A stretch of 64,000 bases of DNA. It comes from Nitrospirales bacterium (GTDB lineage: Bacteria; Nitrospirota; Nitrospiria; Nitrospirales; UBA8639). This document shows, piece by piece, positions 55,788 through 64,000 of this stretch. How positions within the stretch are numbered: the stretch's first letter is position 1; each line of letters begins with the position of its first letter. A program made the translations under genes and the position numbers. The stretch spans positions 1,760,001-1,824,000 of the forward strand of contig OY820905.2 of assembly GCA_963555755.3 (NCBI GenBank). Direction: 5' to 3'. The notes below the pieces were generated by a model that worked only from the letters and a program-made list of their open reading frames with translations, was not told where the DNA came from and searched no databases.

Positions 55788-56422
55788 TTGACCTCGTTCT
55801 TCAAGGGCTGGAGGTGTGGAATAAATTTCGGCGAACGCAGCCAGATGTCCACCCCGACCTCAGCGGTGCCGACCTGTCGGGGTATGACTTTACGCGAATG
55901 GATTTTTCGAAAACGGATTTTACCGGCGCGGATCTATCCGATGCCTACTTGCTTCGCGCCAATTTCGAAGAAGCCAACCTCACCGAAGTCAATCTCACAG
56001 AGGCAGATATTCTTGATGCCAATCTCATCAAAGCCGTGCTCACCAAAGCCACAATGGTGATGACCGACCTCAGTGGAACCGGCATGGTTCGTGCGGACCT
56101 CACAGGAGCTGACCTCTCGAAAGCCAACCTTACACGAACCGCCTTACCATGGGGAATACTGCGGGGATGCACACTCGTCGAAACCAATTTAAAATTGGCT
56201 GACCTCCGCGAAGCCGACCTCACAGATGCCGACCTTTCTCAAGCCAATCTCCAAGACGCGTCGCTCACAGGCACCATATTCAAAGGAGCCAATCTCCAAA
56301 CCACCAAAAACATTTCGCTGGAACTCTTAGGCAAAACCAGCACTCTTCACAATGCCCAACTCGATTCAGAGATTAAAAAAGAAATTGAGAAGAGCTATTC
56401 TCACCTCCTAAAGGACGCTTAG
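55769..56422 (+). CDS. Pentapeptide repeat protein
   Basis: MANQEHL..L..G...WN N-terminus then A(D/N)L(S/T)x repeats. Confidence 0.93.
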   Translation: MANQEHLDLVLQGLEVWNKFRRTQPDVHPDLSGADLSGYDFTRMDFSKTDFTGADLSDAYLLRANFEEANLTEVNLTEADILDANLIKAVLTKATMVMTDLSGTGMVRADLTGADLSKANLTRTALPWGILRGCTLVETNLKLADLREADLTDADLSQANLQDASLTGTIFKGANLQTTKNISLELLGKTSTLHNAQLDSEIKKEIEKSYSHLLKDA

Positions 56423-56583
56423 CACCCAACCGTCATTTCGTTTCCTTCTGTCATTTCGACCAGCGGGAGAAATCTTGTCGCCTCAACGTTAGTTCCCTAT
56501 TCTATGGGGCAAAGATTTCTCTTTCTCTTCGAAAGTACATTTGAAGTGATATAGGGTTGGCATAGTCTATCTGTCATTTTTTT

Positions 56584-56782
56584 ATGCGGGGTTTCGTCCC
56601 CACACGACGAGGTCCTTTTGTTTCGGCAAAAGGACCCAAAACCATTTTCGCCCGTGCGCGGCCCCTCTGGGGAAACTTCGCTGCCAGGCCGAATCAAATG
56701 GCTCGGAAACTCGCTCCGCTCAAACAGTCCTCGCCGAAATGCCGGATTTGGCCTGGCAGCGAAGCCGCGCACGAAGGCGGGG
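56584..56782. repeat. Structured intergenic element, family D copy 2
   Basis: Shares CCCAAAACCATTT.CGCCCGTGCGCGGCCCC and ACTCGCTCCGCTCAAACAG with the inverted copy at 48895. Confidence 0.8.
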
Positions 56783-57386
56783 GAAATACTTAAGAAACAA
56801 ATCAAGTAAAATGGAGGGGTGAAAGGCAAACCCAATTAAAACTCAATAGTCAGTGTTTAAAGGGCTTTCATGGCCAAAAGGCAGGTTCCATGTAACAGTA
56901 TTGGGTATACTGTTACATTTTCTTTTAAATTGAAATCTTAAGGTGGGTAGATCCCCCGGCAAAGGTGGGGATGTTGTGGAAGCCGCCGAATTGGCCCGGG
57001 CTATTTTCCATCGCCTGAATCTGCCTTAGTAGAATGCCACCCTGCTTCCAAGAAATCCATCATGGCCTGCGGGATTTGTGCGCCGGACTTATCCTTGAGG
57101 GACTCTTGGAGATCGTCAGGCAGTGGAATAGCATGCTTCCGGAAAAAACTTTCAAATTCGGAATAGAGATCATTCAACCAAATTTCGGTCCTTTCCTCCT
57201 GGCTCCCAAAAAACTGGAGATGCTTCGAACTTATTGGTGATTCCCTCTGGTAATGAAAGGTCGCGTTTCGAAACAACCTGAGTTTGTCTACGAAGGGGGA
57301 ATGGAGAAGCTGGTCTATCTTGGGATCACTTAGCTTCAGATCCTTCCAGCCCTCAATCACGAGGTAAATTCCTGAATATGAGTACA

Positions 57387-58398
57387 TATGCCTTCCCATT
57401 TGACTAAGGTTAGTCCCTAGACTAGTCTGCTGGACTATGGACACAGGGTATGCTGCTGATATCTTGGATTTTTCTGTTAGGTTCCACACCGAAGAAGCGT
57501 GCTTCGAGTACTTGCGGGCGATTCGGTGGCCAGACGGGTTTATGTGTCCAGCTTGCGGTCATCGCGGTGGTTGGTGGCTCAAAAAATATTTCCGGTTTGA
57601 GTGTTCGTCGTGTCATAGACAGACATCACCGCTAAGCGGCACAGTGATGCATAGATCGCACTTGCCGCTACGGCTTTGGTTTTGGGCTGCCTATTTCGTC
57701 TCCACGCACACACCTGGCATCAGTGCTGTGCAATTGCAGCGTCAACTCAGTATCAAGAAGGTGGATAGCGCCTGGTATTTGCTCCACAGATTGCGACGAG
57801 GAATGGTACGACAGAACCGTGAACGGCTCGCAGGAACAGTTGAAGCCGATGAAACCCATATCGGTGGACCGGTAAAAGGCAAAACGGGCCGTGGCGTCGC
57901 GAAAGCGAAAACCAAGACGTTAATAGCCGGAGCCGTAGAAATTGTCACGTACACACAAGGGGATCACTTTCGAGAGAAAGCAGGGCGTTTACGATTAGCG
58001 ATTCTTCAAGACGCTGGAGAGAACGAGATCAAAGCATTCCTCAATAGCCATGTCGCTGAGGGCAGTAAGATCAAGTCCGATGGTTGGAAGGGATACTCGG
58101 CAAAAGCCTTGGCAGGATACGAACACCTGAGACGGACCCAGGGTGACCCAGCAAGTGCTGGGAAGCACGCTCCACACATCCATAGAGCGTTCGGCAATCT
58201 GCAGACCTGGCTGAACGGGATTCACCATGGAGTGGATTCAAAATACCTGCAACACTATCTTGATGAGTTTGTCTTTCGCTATAACCGCCGTGAGACTCCA
58301 ATGAGTACCTTCCAGAGTTTGTTGAAAATCCTGACCAGCAGCTCAAAACCCTTGGGATTCAATAAACTGAAGCAACCTTAGTTAAATGGGAAGGCATA
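57387..58398 (+). mobile_element. IS1595-family element copy 2 (1012 bp)
   Basis: Same IRs as copy 1; 8 bp TSD TGAGTACA. Confidence 0.95.
57437..58381 (+). CDS. IS1595 transposase
   Basis: Protein identical to 41072-42016. Confidence 0.95.
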   Translation: MDTGYAADILDFSVRFHTEEACFEYLRAIRWPDGFMCPACGHRGGWWLKKYFRFECSSCHRQTSPLSGTVMHRSHLPLRLWFWAAYFVSTHTPGISAVQLQRQLSIKKVDSAWYLLHRLRRGMVRQNRERLAGTVEADETHIGGPVKGKTGRGVAKAKTKTLIAGAVEIVTYTQGDHFREKAGRLRLAILQDAGENEIKAFLNSHVAEGSKIKSDGWKGYSAKALAGYEHLRRTQGDPASAGKHAPHIHRAFGNLQTWLNGIHHGVDSKYLQHYLDEFVFRYNRRETPMSTFQSLLKILTSSSKPLGFNKLKQP

Positions 58399-58607
58399 TG
58401 AGTACATTAAGTAAATCCCTGGGGGAAAACAAAGGAAAACCTCTAAGCCCAGTTTTTCGTTGCTTACTATTTGCAACCAATCTTCATTCATTTCTCGACA
58501 ATACAAAACCCGCATGTGTGAGAGAAGGACCCGGAAAAATTGACACTGTCTTAAGTGGATAGGTAGACCTGTTTCAATCATCTTCATGTCCTTTACAGGA
58601 GCTTATC

Positions 58608-58913
58608 ATGAGTAGACGAATCCGACGAAATCACCAACCTGCATGCAAGGCGAAAGTGGCGCTTGCTGCCCTGAAGGGCGATTTTACCACTGCCGAATGA
58701 GCGAAGAAATTTGAGGTCCACGCGAACCAGATCTCCCCATGGAAAACACAGCTACTAGAGAAGGCACCCGGAGTCTTTGATGAGAAGTGGCGCGAGACAG
58801 GCCCTCCCGTTGAGGTGAAAACCCTGCATGCCAAGATCGGGCAACTGACGTTAGAGAATGATTTTTTAGAAGGCGCGCTCGGCAAGGCCGGACTCCTGAG
58901 CGCAAGGCCATGA
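58608..58913 (+). pseudogene. IS3 orfA with in-frame TGA at 58698
   Basis: KAKVALAALKG...AE*AKKFEVHANQI...LHAKIGQLTLENDFL. Confidence 0.8.
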
Positions 58914-59737
58914 TCGACCGGAACCATGCACTCCCCGTATCGCACCAAGCCAAGATACTCGGATTATCGAGAGGTTGTCTCTATTATCAACCTGTCCCCC
59001 TCAGTGAGCGTGACCTTGCGTTGATGCATCGTCTGGATACACTGCATCTGGCCCACCCGTTTGCCGGGTCGCGTATGTTGAGAGATTTGCTCCAATTGGA
59101 GGGCTCCAGCGTTGGGCGCACACACGTGAGAACCCTGCTGAAGCGGATGGGCATCGAAGCCCTCTATCGCCAGCCCAGGACGACTCAGAGGCATCGAGGA
59201 CACGCCGTATATCCGTACTTACTCAGGAATCTATCCATTACGCGGCCCAATCAGGTGAGGGCCTCGGATGTCAGCTACCTTCCGATAGCCCATGGATTTG
59301 TCTATCTGACGGTCAGGCTAGACAGGTATAGTCGCCGAGTCCTGTCATGGCGTGTGTCGGTAACGATGGATGGGGAATGTATCATGGATGCCTTGGAAGA
59401 GGCGATTGAGAAATATGGCTGTCCAGCAATCATGAACACGGATCAAGGCAGGCAATATACCAGTGAGCGATTCATCCAAGCGCTCAAGGAGCGAGATATT
59501 CAAATGAGCATGGACGGCAAAGGAGCCTGGCGTGACAACATTTTCGTTGAACGCCTGTGGCGATCAGTCAAATATGAGGATATGTACTTACATGCCTATG
59601 AGACGCCGAATGAGGTCAAACAAGGCCTGAAACGGTATTTTCAATTCTACAATACCAGTCGTCCACATCAAGCCCATACGGACCAGACACCTGATACGGC
59701 GTATTTCAACCTGTTGCCTGTAGCCGAGGTAGCATAA
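58910..59737 (+). CDS. IS3 orfB DDE transposase domain
   Basis: YPYLLRNL, NTDQG, SMDGKGAWRDNIFVERLWRSVKYE. Confidence 0.9.
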   Translation: MIDRNHALPVSHQAKILGLSRGCLYYQPVPLSERDLALMHRLDTLHLAHPFAGSRMLRDLLQLEGSSVGRTHVRTLLKRMGIEALYRQPRTTQRHRGHAVYPYLLRNLSITRPNQVRASDVSYLPIAHGFVYLTVRLDRYSRRVLSWRVSVTMDGECIMDALEEAIEKYGCPAIMNTDQGRQYTSERFIQALKERDIQMSMDGKGAWRDNIFVERLWRSVKYEDMYLHAYETPNEVKQGLKRYFQFYNTSRPHQAHTDQTPDTAYFNLLPVAEVA

Positions 59738-59831
59738 TTCATTGGGATACTTTCCACTTAAGACTTGGCTTGGGGTGTTCAGATAAACGGGACCACCTCT
59801 AACTACAATTAAAGAGAAAGAAGGGAACGAC

Positions 59832-60086
59832 CTAGTGTTTAGAGTCAGGGTTGTTGCTTCGTCGGATGACGACGATGCGGCCGAGGAGATGATTGGGCGG
59901 GTTTACGGATGTTTCGATTAAATCGATTCGAGAGCCTACGCCTTGGAGTATGCGAAGGCCTTGGGAGGTTTGGACGAAGCCTTTGGCTCGGAGGGCTTGA
60001 TGGGATTGGATTTGTTTAATGAGGGTGTCGGGATCAATGCCGGGGTCTAGCTGGATTTCTTCAGATTCAAAGGCCTCGTAGGTATG
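59832..60086 (-). pseudogene. Orphaned duplicate of the 3' 255 bp of the CobW-like gene
   Basis: Colinear with 60775-61029; open frame HTYEAFESEEIQ...GRIVVIRRSNNPDSKH*. Confidence 0.88.
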
Positions 60087-60144
60087 AGGGAATTGCTATA
60101 TTTCTTCCTAGAAGATAAGCTTTATCTCTGCCTGGAGGTGAATC

Positions 60145-60375
60145 ATGAATTGGGAAGAGCGGATACAGGTTGATCCAAATGTTCTTGTGGGGAAACCCGT
60201 GATAAAGGGGACACGCTTGGCGGTTGAGTTTATCATCGACCTCTTAGCTCAAGGATGGACCGAAAAGCAGATACAGGAGAATTATCCTGGCATTACTCAT
60301 GAAGACATTCAAGCCTGTCTTGCTTACGCCAGCGCTATCTTGCATGCCGAACGGGTTTTCCCCCTACCGACTTGA
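60145..60375 (+). CDS. DUF433 family protein (putative antitoxin)
   Basis: GKPVIKGTRL, YPGIT.EDIQACLAYA. Confidence 0.92.
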   Translation: MNWEERIQVDPNVLVGKPVIKGTRLAVEFIIDLLAQGWTEKQIQENYPGITHEDIQACLAYASAILHAERVFPLPT

Positions 60376-60378
60376 CCC

Positions 60379-60744
60379 GTGCGCATTCTTGCCAATGAAA
60401 ATGTGCCAGGTGAGATTGTTCAGGCACTAAGAGATCGAGACCATGATGTCAGCTGGATACGAATTGATGCTCCTGGAAGTGTGGACACCGAAGTACTTTC
60501 CCGCGCTCAAACAGAAGATCGCCTCCTCTTAACCTTTGATAAGGATTTCGGAGAACTTGCCTTCCGATGGGGACTCCAAGTCTCTAGTGGCATTATTCTT
60601 ATTCGTCTCTCTGCTCCTTCCCCCACCCAACTTCAACAATCAGTGATTTCCGCACTCGAAAGCCGAGATGATTGGGCCGGAATGTTTTCAGTTATTGAAA
60701 CAAGCCGAATCCGTACCACACCCTTACCTCCACAGGTCAAATAA
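60379..60744 (+). CDS. DUF5615 PIN-like protein (putative toxin)
   Basis: MRILANENVP, LR...HDV, LLTFDKDFGEL. Confidence 0.9.
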   Translation: MRILANENVPGEIVQALRDRDHDVSWIRIDAPGSVDTEVLSRAQTEDRLLLTFDKDFGELAFRWGLQVSSGIILIRLSAPSPTQLQQSVISALESRDDWAGMFSVIETSRIRTTPLPPQVK

Positions 60745-60774
60745 CTCGTCAATCCCTGGATAGAAGGAAACAGT

Positions 60775-61689
60775 CTAGTGTGTTGAATCTGGTTTGGTGC
60801 TTCTTCGAATGACGACGATGCGGTTGAGGAGATGGGCTGGGGGATTTACGGTGGTTTCGATTAGGTCGATTCGAGAGCCTACGCCTTGAAGTATGCGAAG
60901 GCCTTGGGAGGTTTGGACGAAGCCTTTGGCTCGGAGGGCTTGGTGGGATTGGACTTGCTTGATAAGGGTTTCCGGATCGATACCGGGCGCTATTTGGATT
61001 TCTTCAGATTCAAAGGCCTCATGGGTATGCGATACCTGTTGATCGCGCTGGTGTTTGGCCTGAGTCTCCGGGTCTGGAGTAAATAAGACTTTGGACTCGA
61101 CATTTGCATTGGTGGCACGAATGAGTGGAGTGCCCGGGGCCATGTGCTCTAATTGTTTCTCAATCAGATCGAGTTGATCGGCCTCGATCAAATCAATTTT
61201 ATTGACGATGAGGAGATCTGCCGATGACACTTGTTGCTCGAAGGTTCCGCTTAAGTCACGCCCTTCTGCAACTTGTTCGGCATTGACTACGACCACCGTA
61301 ATACTATCGCCTACCCATTCAGTCACCGGTTCTCGCCAAAAATTGATAAGCGTTTCGAACGGTAAGGCCACGCCTGAGGTTTCAACGACAATCCGATCTG
61401 GCTGAACCTCTTCCCACAGTTGCTGTAAGGTCTTCACTAACTCATCGGACAGCTTACAGCAGACACAGCCGCCTTCCAATTCGACATAGCTGTTGGAGCC
61501 TTGATTGCCCAGCAATGCCTGATCAATGCCTAAGGCCCCGAATTCGTTCGATACGATTGCCAGTCGCAATCCTTGACGTTGTGCGTCCTTGAGAAGATGT
61601 TGAACGAGTGTGGTTTTACCCGCCCCTAAGAATCCTGACACGACGAGGGCGGGAATACCGGCGAGAGGAGCAGGCTGTGGGTTCTTCAT
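60775..61689 (-). CDS. CobW/COG0523-family metal chaperone GTPase
   Basis: SGFLGAGKTT, NEFG, GCVCC, ETSG, NKID. Confidence 0.93.
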   Translation of the reverse strand: MKNPQPAPLAGIPALVVSGFLGAGKTTLVQHLLKDAQRQGLRLAIVSNEFGALGIDQALLGNQGSNSYVELEGGCVCCKLSDELVKTLQQLWEEVQPDRIVVETSGVALPFETLINFWREPVTEWVGDSITVVVVNAEQVAEGRDLSGTFEQQVSSADLLIVNKIDLIEADQLDLIEKQLEHMAPGTPLIRATNANVESKVLFTPDPETQAKHQRDQQVSHTHEAFESEEIQIAPGIDPETLIKQVQSHQALRAKGFVQTSQGLRILQGVGSRIDLIETTVNPPAHLLNRIVVIRRSTKPDSTH

Positions 61690-61721
61690 GGTTGGTTAAT
61701 CAATCGAGGCAAAGGGTCCCA

Positions 61722-61853
61722 TAAACTCGAAATCCGAATATTGAAATCCGAAACAAATCAGAATTTCAAAACTCGAATGCTTCAAACGGATCTTGAAAAC
61801 TCGGAATCAAAATTTACGGTTGTTTCGGATTTCGACATTCGAGTTTCGAATTT
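61722..61853. repeat. Long hairpin, family C copy 2
   Basis: AAACTCGAAATCCGAATATTGAAATCCGAAACAA / TTGTTTCGGATTTCGACATTCGAGTTTCGAATTT. Confidence 0.75.
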
Positions 61854-61862
61854 AGGACGCTT

Positions 61863-62627
61863 TTATGGCAAATCAGTCATCCCCAGACCCGGACCAATTT
61901 CATATAACAGGGAGACTTGCGCTTCGATTTTTATTTCTCCAGGCGACATCGCCACTGAAGACTCACCAGCAGCATTCGCCATGAGCATACTCGATTTCGC
62001 AAAGGATCGCCGAGGTGCAGGAACCTGCGACCTACCTTCTTGGACGGTCAACAATTCCACCAACTGAACATCTAAGGCTTGCGCTAACATCCGCGCCTTG
62101 GCTTTGGCTTTCTTTGCGGCTTGGGCTAAGGCTTGGAGATATATCGGGTGTCGGTCACGCACAATCCATTGGATCCCATTGAAATGATTGGCTCCTGCCT
62201 TCAATGCCCTGTCGGCTACAGCCCCGACCTTGTCCAAATCTCGGACCTCGACCTTTAGCCCATTTCGCACGGTATACCCAAGAATCCTGGGCGGTTCATA
62301 TTTGACAGGCTCATTTGGCCGCCGACGTGGTGGCGGAGCATATTTTGGCGTGACATCAAAAGAGGTGGTTTGAATGCGCGCTTCGGGAATGCCAAGACGG
62401 CTAAGGGCTGTCATCACCCGTTGCATGCGATCTCGATTTTCATCCACGACTTGCTCAAATGATTCGCCCGCGGTCTCCACCGAAAAATTGACAATGGCCG
62501 TGTCAGGTGCCAACTGAATCGACCCTTTGGCCGAAGCACTCATGGTCGAGGGATCATCTGTATCTTCATGAGCCCAGGCAGCGGTAGCCGACATGATGAC
62601 CAGTAGCCCAAAGACGAGAAATCTCAT
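61863..62627 (-). CDS. SIMPL (DUF541) domain exported protein
   Basis: Signal peptide, APDTA, IQT....V.P.Y, GY.V.N, AGAN, PGEI; ATG 62627 after AAAGGAGG. Confidence 0.9.
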   Translation of the reverse strand: MRFLVFGLLVIMSATAAWAHEDTDDPSTMSASAKGSIQLAPDTAIVNFSVETAGESFEQVVDENRDRMQRVMTALSRLGIPEARIQTTSFDVTPKYAPPPRRRPNEPVKYEPPRILGYTVRNGLKVEVRDLDKVGAVADRALKAGANHFNGIQWIVRDRHPIYLQALAQAAKKAKAKARMLAQALDVQLVELLTVQEGRSQVPAPRRSFAKSSMLMANAAGESSVAMSPGEIKIEAQVSLLYEIGPGLGMTDLP

Positions 62628-62722
62628 GGGACCTCCTTTGGTGTGGAGAAAACTTACAGGACGACTCGTTGTCTCAATTGCCCACATTGACAACCATGGT
62701 CCGCCTTTACGAAAATGTCGGA

Positions 62723-62899
62723 ATGGAAACATCTACAACCGAATCACCTGCGTCTACCCCAGAATCCGAACTCCCCGACCGCCTATGTGCGTGGTGCAAG
62801 ATCAATATGAGTAAGCGCCTGGTCGGTGAGGGACGCTTTATTCATTACACATGCCCGCAATGTATTTTTCAACATACCTCGAAGCATGAAGACTCGTGA
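62723..62899 (+). CDS. Small putative zinc-ribbon protein
   Basis: CAWC...CPQC; start uncertain. Confidence 0.5.
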   Translation: METSTTESPASTPESELPDRLCAWCKINMSKRLVGEGRFIHYTCPQCIFQHTSKHEDS

Positions 62900-63102
62900 A
62901 GCGTGATGAGTAATGCGTCATGAGTAAAAAGCTGAGAAGAAAATAGGGATTTCTTCACGCTTCACGTATTACGTTCTTCGGATGCCCTTCCCCATAGAAT
63001 ATTTCAATTAGTCGTCCGGAAAGGACTGAGTCCTGGTGCGTCATGAGTGAAGGGATCCAACTTCCCCACGCTTTACGCCTCACGGATCACGCTTTACGTC
63101 TT

Positions 63103-64000
63103 TTAAAATAGATTCGAGACGATTCTGGTTCCACCCACCCAGGTCCCAATCACGCTGCCAATTGTCGGCAATAAAAAAGCGAGAAAAATTCTGAGCAGTC
63201 GGCTTTGCCACCACCGTCGGGGAATCGCGATGTCTGCTGCCACGGATTGAAACTCGCGAACCATCGGTGGCTGCATATAGGCCTGCACAAATGCCGTGAC
63301 ATAGCCAACGCCAATCACAGGGGTCAAGCTGGTGAAGGGTGCACCGGCAAACGCCACCAAGATAGTCAACGGATGCGCGAACGCGAGTATGGCACCAATG
63401 CCGCTGGGAATCCCATTGGCCAAAATCCAAAACAGGGCATTTTCGCCTGCCGCTGCCACGCCCTTTTGGTAGCCAATCAGCGCAATGGAGCCAACAATAA
63501 TCGCGGGGATACTCCACCCCACCCATTTCCAGATTGGCGATACGGGCGGAATGATATCAAGCGCCTGAAGATCCATTCGCTGGGCTTGGTGCAACACCGT
63601 CGTCATACCCTCAACATGGCCGGCTCCGACCACGGCAATGAGTTTCTTACCATCGGCTTGTAAGATTTTTTCTGCTAAATATTGATCACGCTCATCAATC
63701 AACACTTTTTTCAGGGTCGGAACTTCAGCCCCGAGTTCCTTCATCATCTCCGACAACACGTCCTGCTTCTTCAGGTTTTGTAGGGATTCTTCCGTCACCG
63801 GCTCGGTATCAAACACGCTGAGCATAAGCGAGGACACGAGCATGGTTTTTTTGAGGAACGGTGTCGATCGCCAGGCGCGCCGCATGGTCACACGGATATC
63901 GCGATCACACAGAAAAATCGGGATGTCGTGTTTTTTCGAAACCGTGATGGCTTCGAGCATTTCCATGCCAGGCAAAACACCCAACTGATCCCCAAGGCGT
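63103..64000 (-). CDS. TraB/PrgY-family membrane protein (5' end outside the window)
   Basis: PGMEM, DRDIRVT.RRAW, LIDERD.Y, AVVGAGH, APFTSL.P. Confidence 0.9.
   Translation of the reverse strand, partial: RLGDQLGVLPGMEMLEAITVSKKHDIPIFLCDRDIRVTMRRAWRSTPFLKKTMLVSSLMLSVFDTEPVTEESLQNLKKQDVLSEMMKELGAEVPTLKKVLIDERDQYLAEKILQADGKKLIAVVGAGHVEGMTTVLHQAQRMDLQALDIIPPVSPIWKWVGWSIPAIIVGSIALIGYQKGVAAAGENALFWILANGIPSGIGAILAFAHPLTILVAFAGAPFTSLTPVIGVGYVTAFVQAYMQPPMVREFQSVAADIAIPRRWWQSRLLRIFLAFLLPTIGSVIGTWVGGTRIVSNLF

Larger units (their letters stand above)
57001..58515 (-). pseudogene. Hypothetical protein with RxxxxH motif, split by IS1595
   Basis: Removing the IS and one TSD joins ...PPGIYLMYS|YSGIYLVIEGW...FRNATFH in frame. 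Confidence 0.65.
58521..59800 (+). mobile_element. IS3-family element, degenerate (ends approximate)
   Basis: orfA/orfB pair, TTTTTTA slippery run near 58862, imperfect IRs. Confidence 0.82.

Noticed and set aside
41022..58398. Composite transposon between the two IS1595 copies
   Set aside because: Each copy has its own matching TSD pair, showing independent insertions
38425..58913. TGA recoded as an amino acid
   Set aside because: Core genes such as adk, rpmC, rplV, rpsG and nusG end in TGA at the expected positions; in-frame TGA occurs only in IS genes

Overview
Bacterial chromosome segment, probably from the order Nitrospirales (inferred from protein sequences, a Pup gene and the repeat families). 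Bases 1-33.3 kb hold the minus-strand core cluster: tRNA-Tyr/Gly/Thr, tuf, rpmG, tRNA-Trp, secE, nusG, rplK, rplA, rplJ-rplL, rpoBC, the str, S10, spc and alpha operons, ending in a partial rpoA. L10 runs in frame into L7/L12 with no stop, and a strong internal ribosome-binding site precedes the L12 Met. A DUF192 gene, rel and recJ follow, then an IS-rich stretch (IS6, IS1595 nested in IS4, IS1634, scrambled IS fragments), an orphan secretin, an orphan Pup gene, a K+-dependent membrane pyrophosphatase, a pseudouridine synthase and hflKC. Two toxin-antitoxin-like pairs are each bracketed by a direct duplication of a host gene end. An IS1595-split protein with an RxxxxH motif, an IS3 element, a CobW-like GTPase, a SIMPL protein and a TraB-family gene complete the window. 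Several families of palindromic intergenic repeats are present; no CRISPR array or rRNA was seen.
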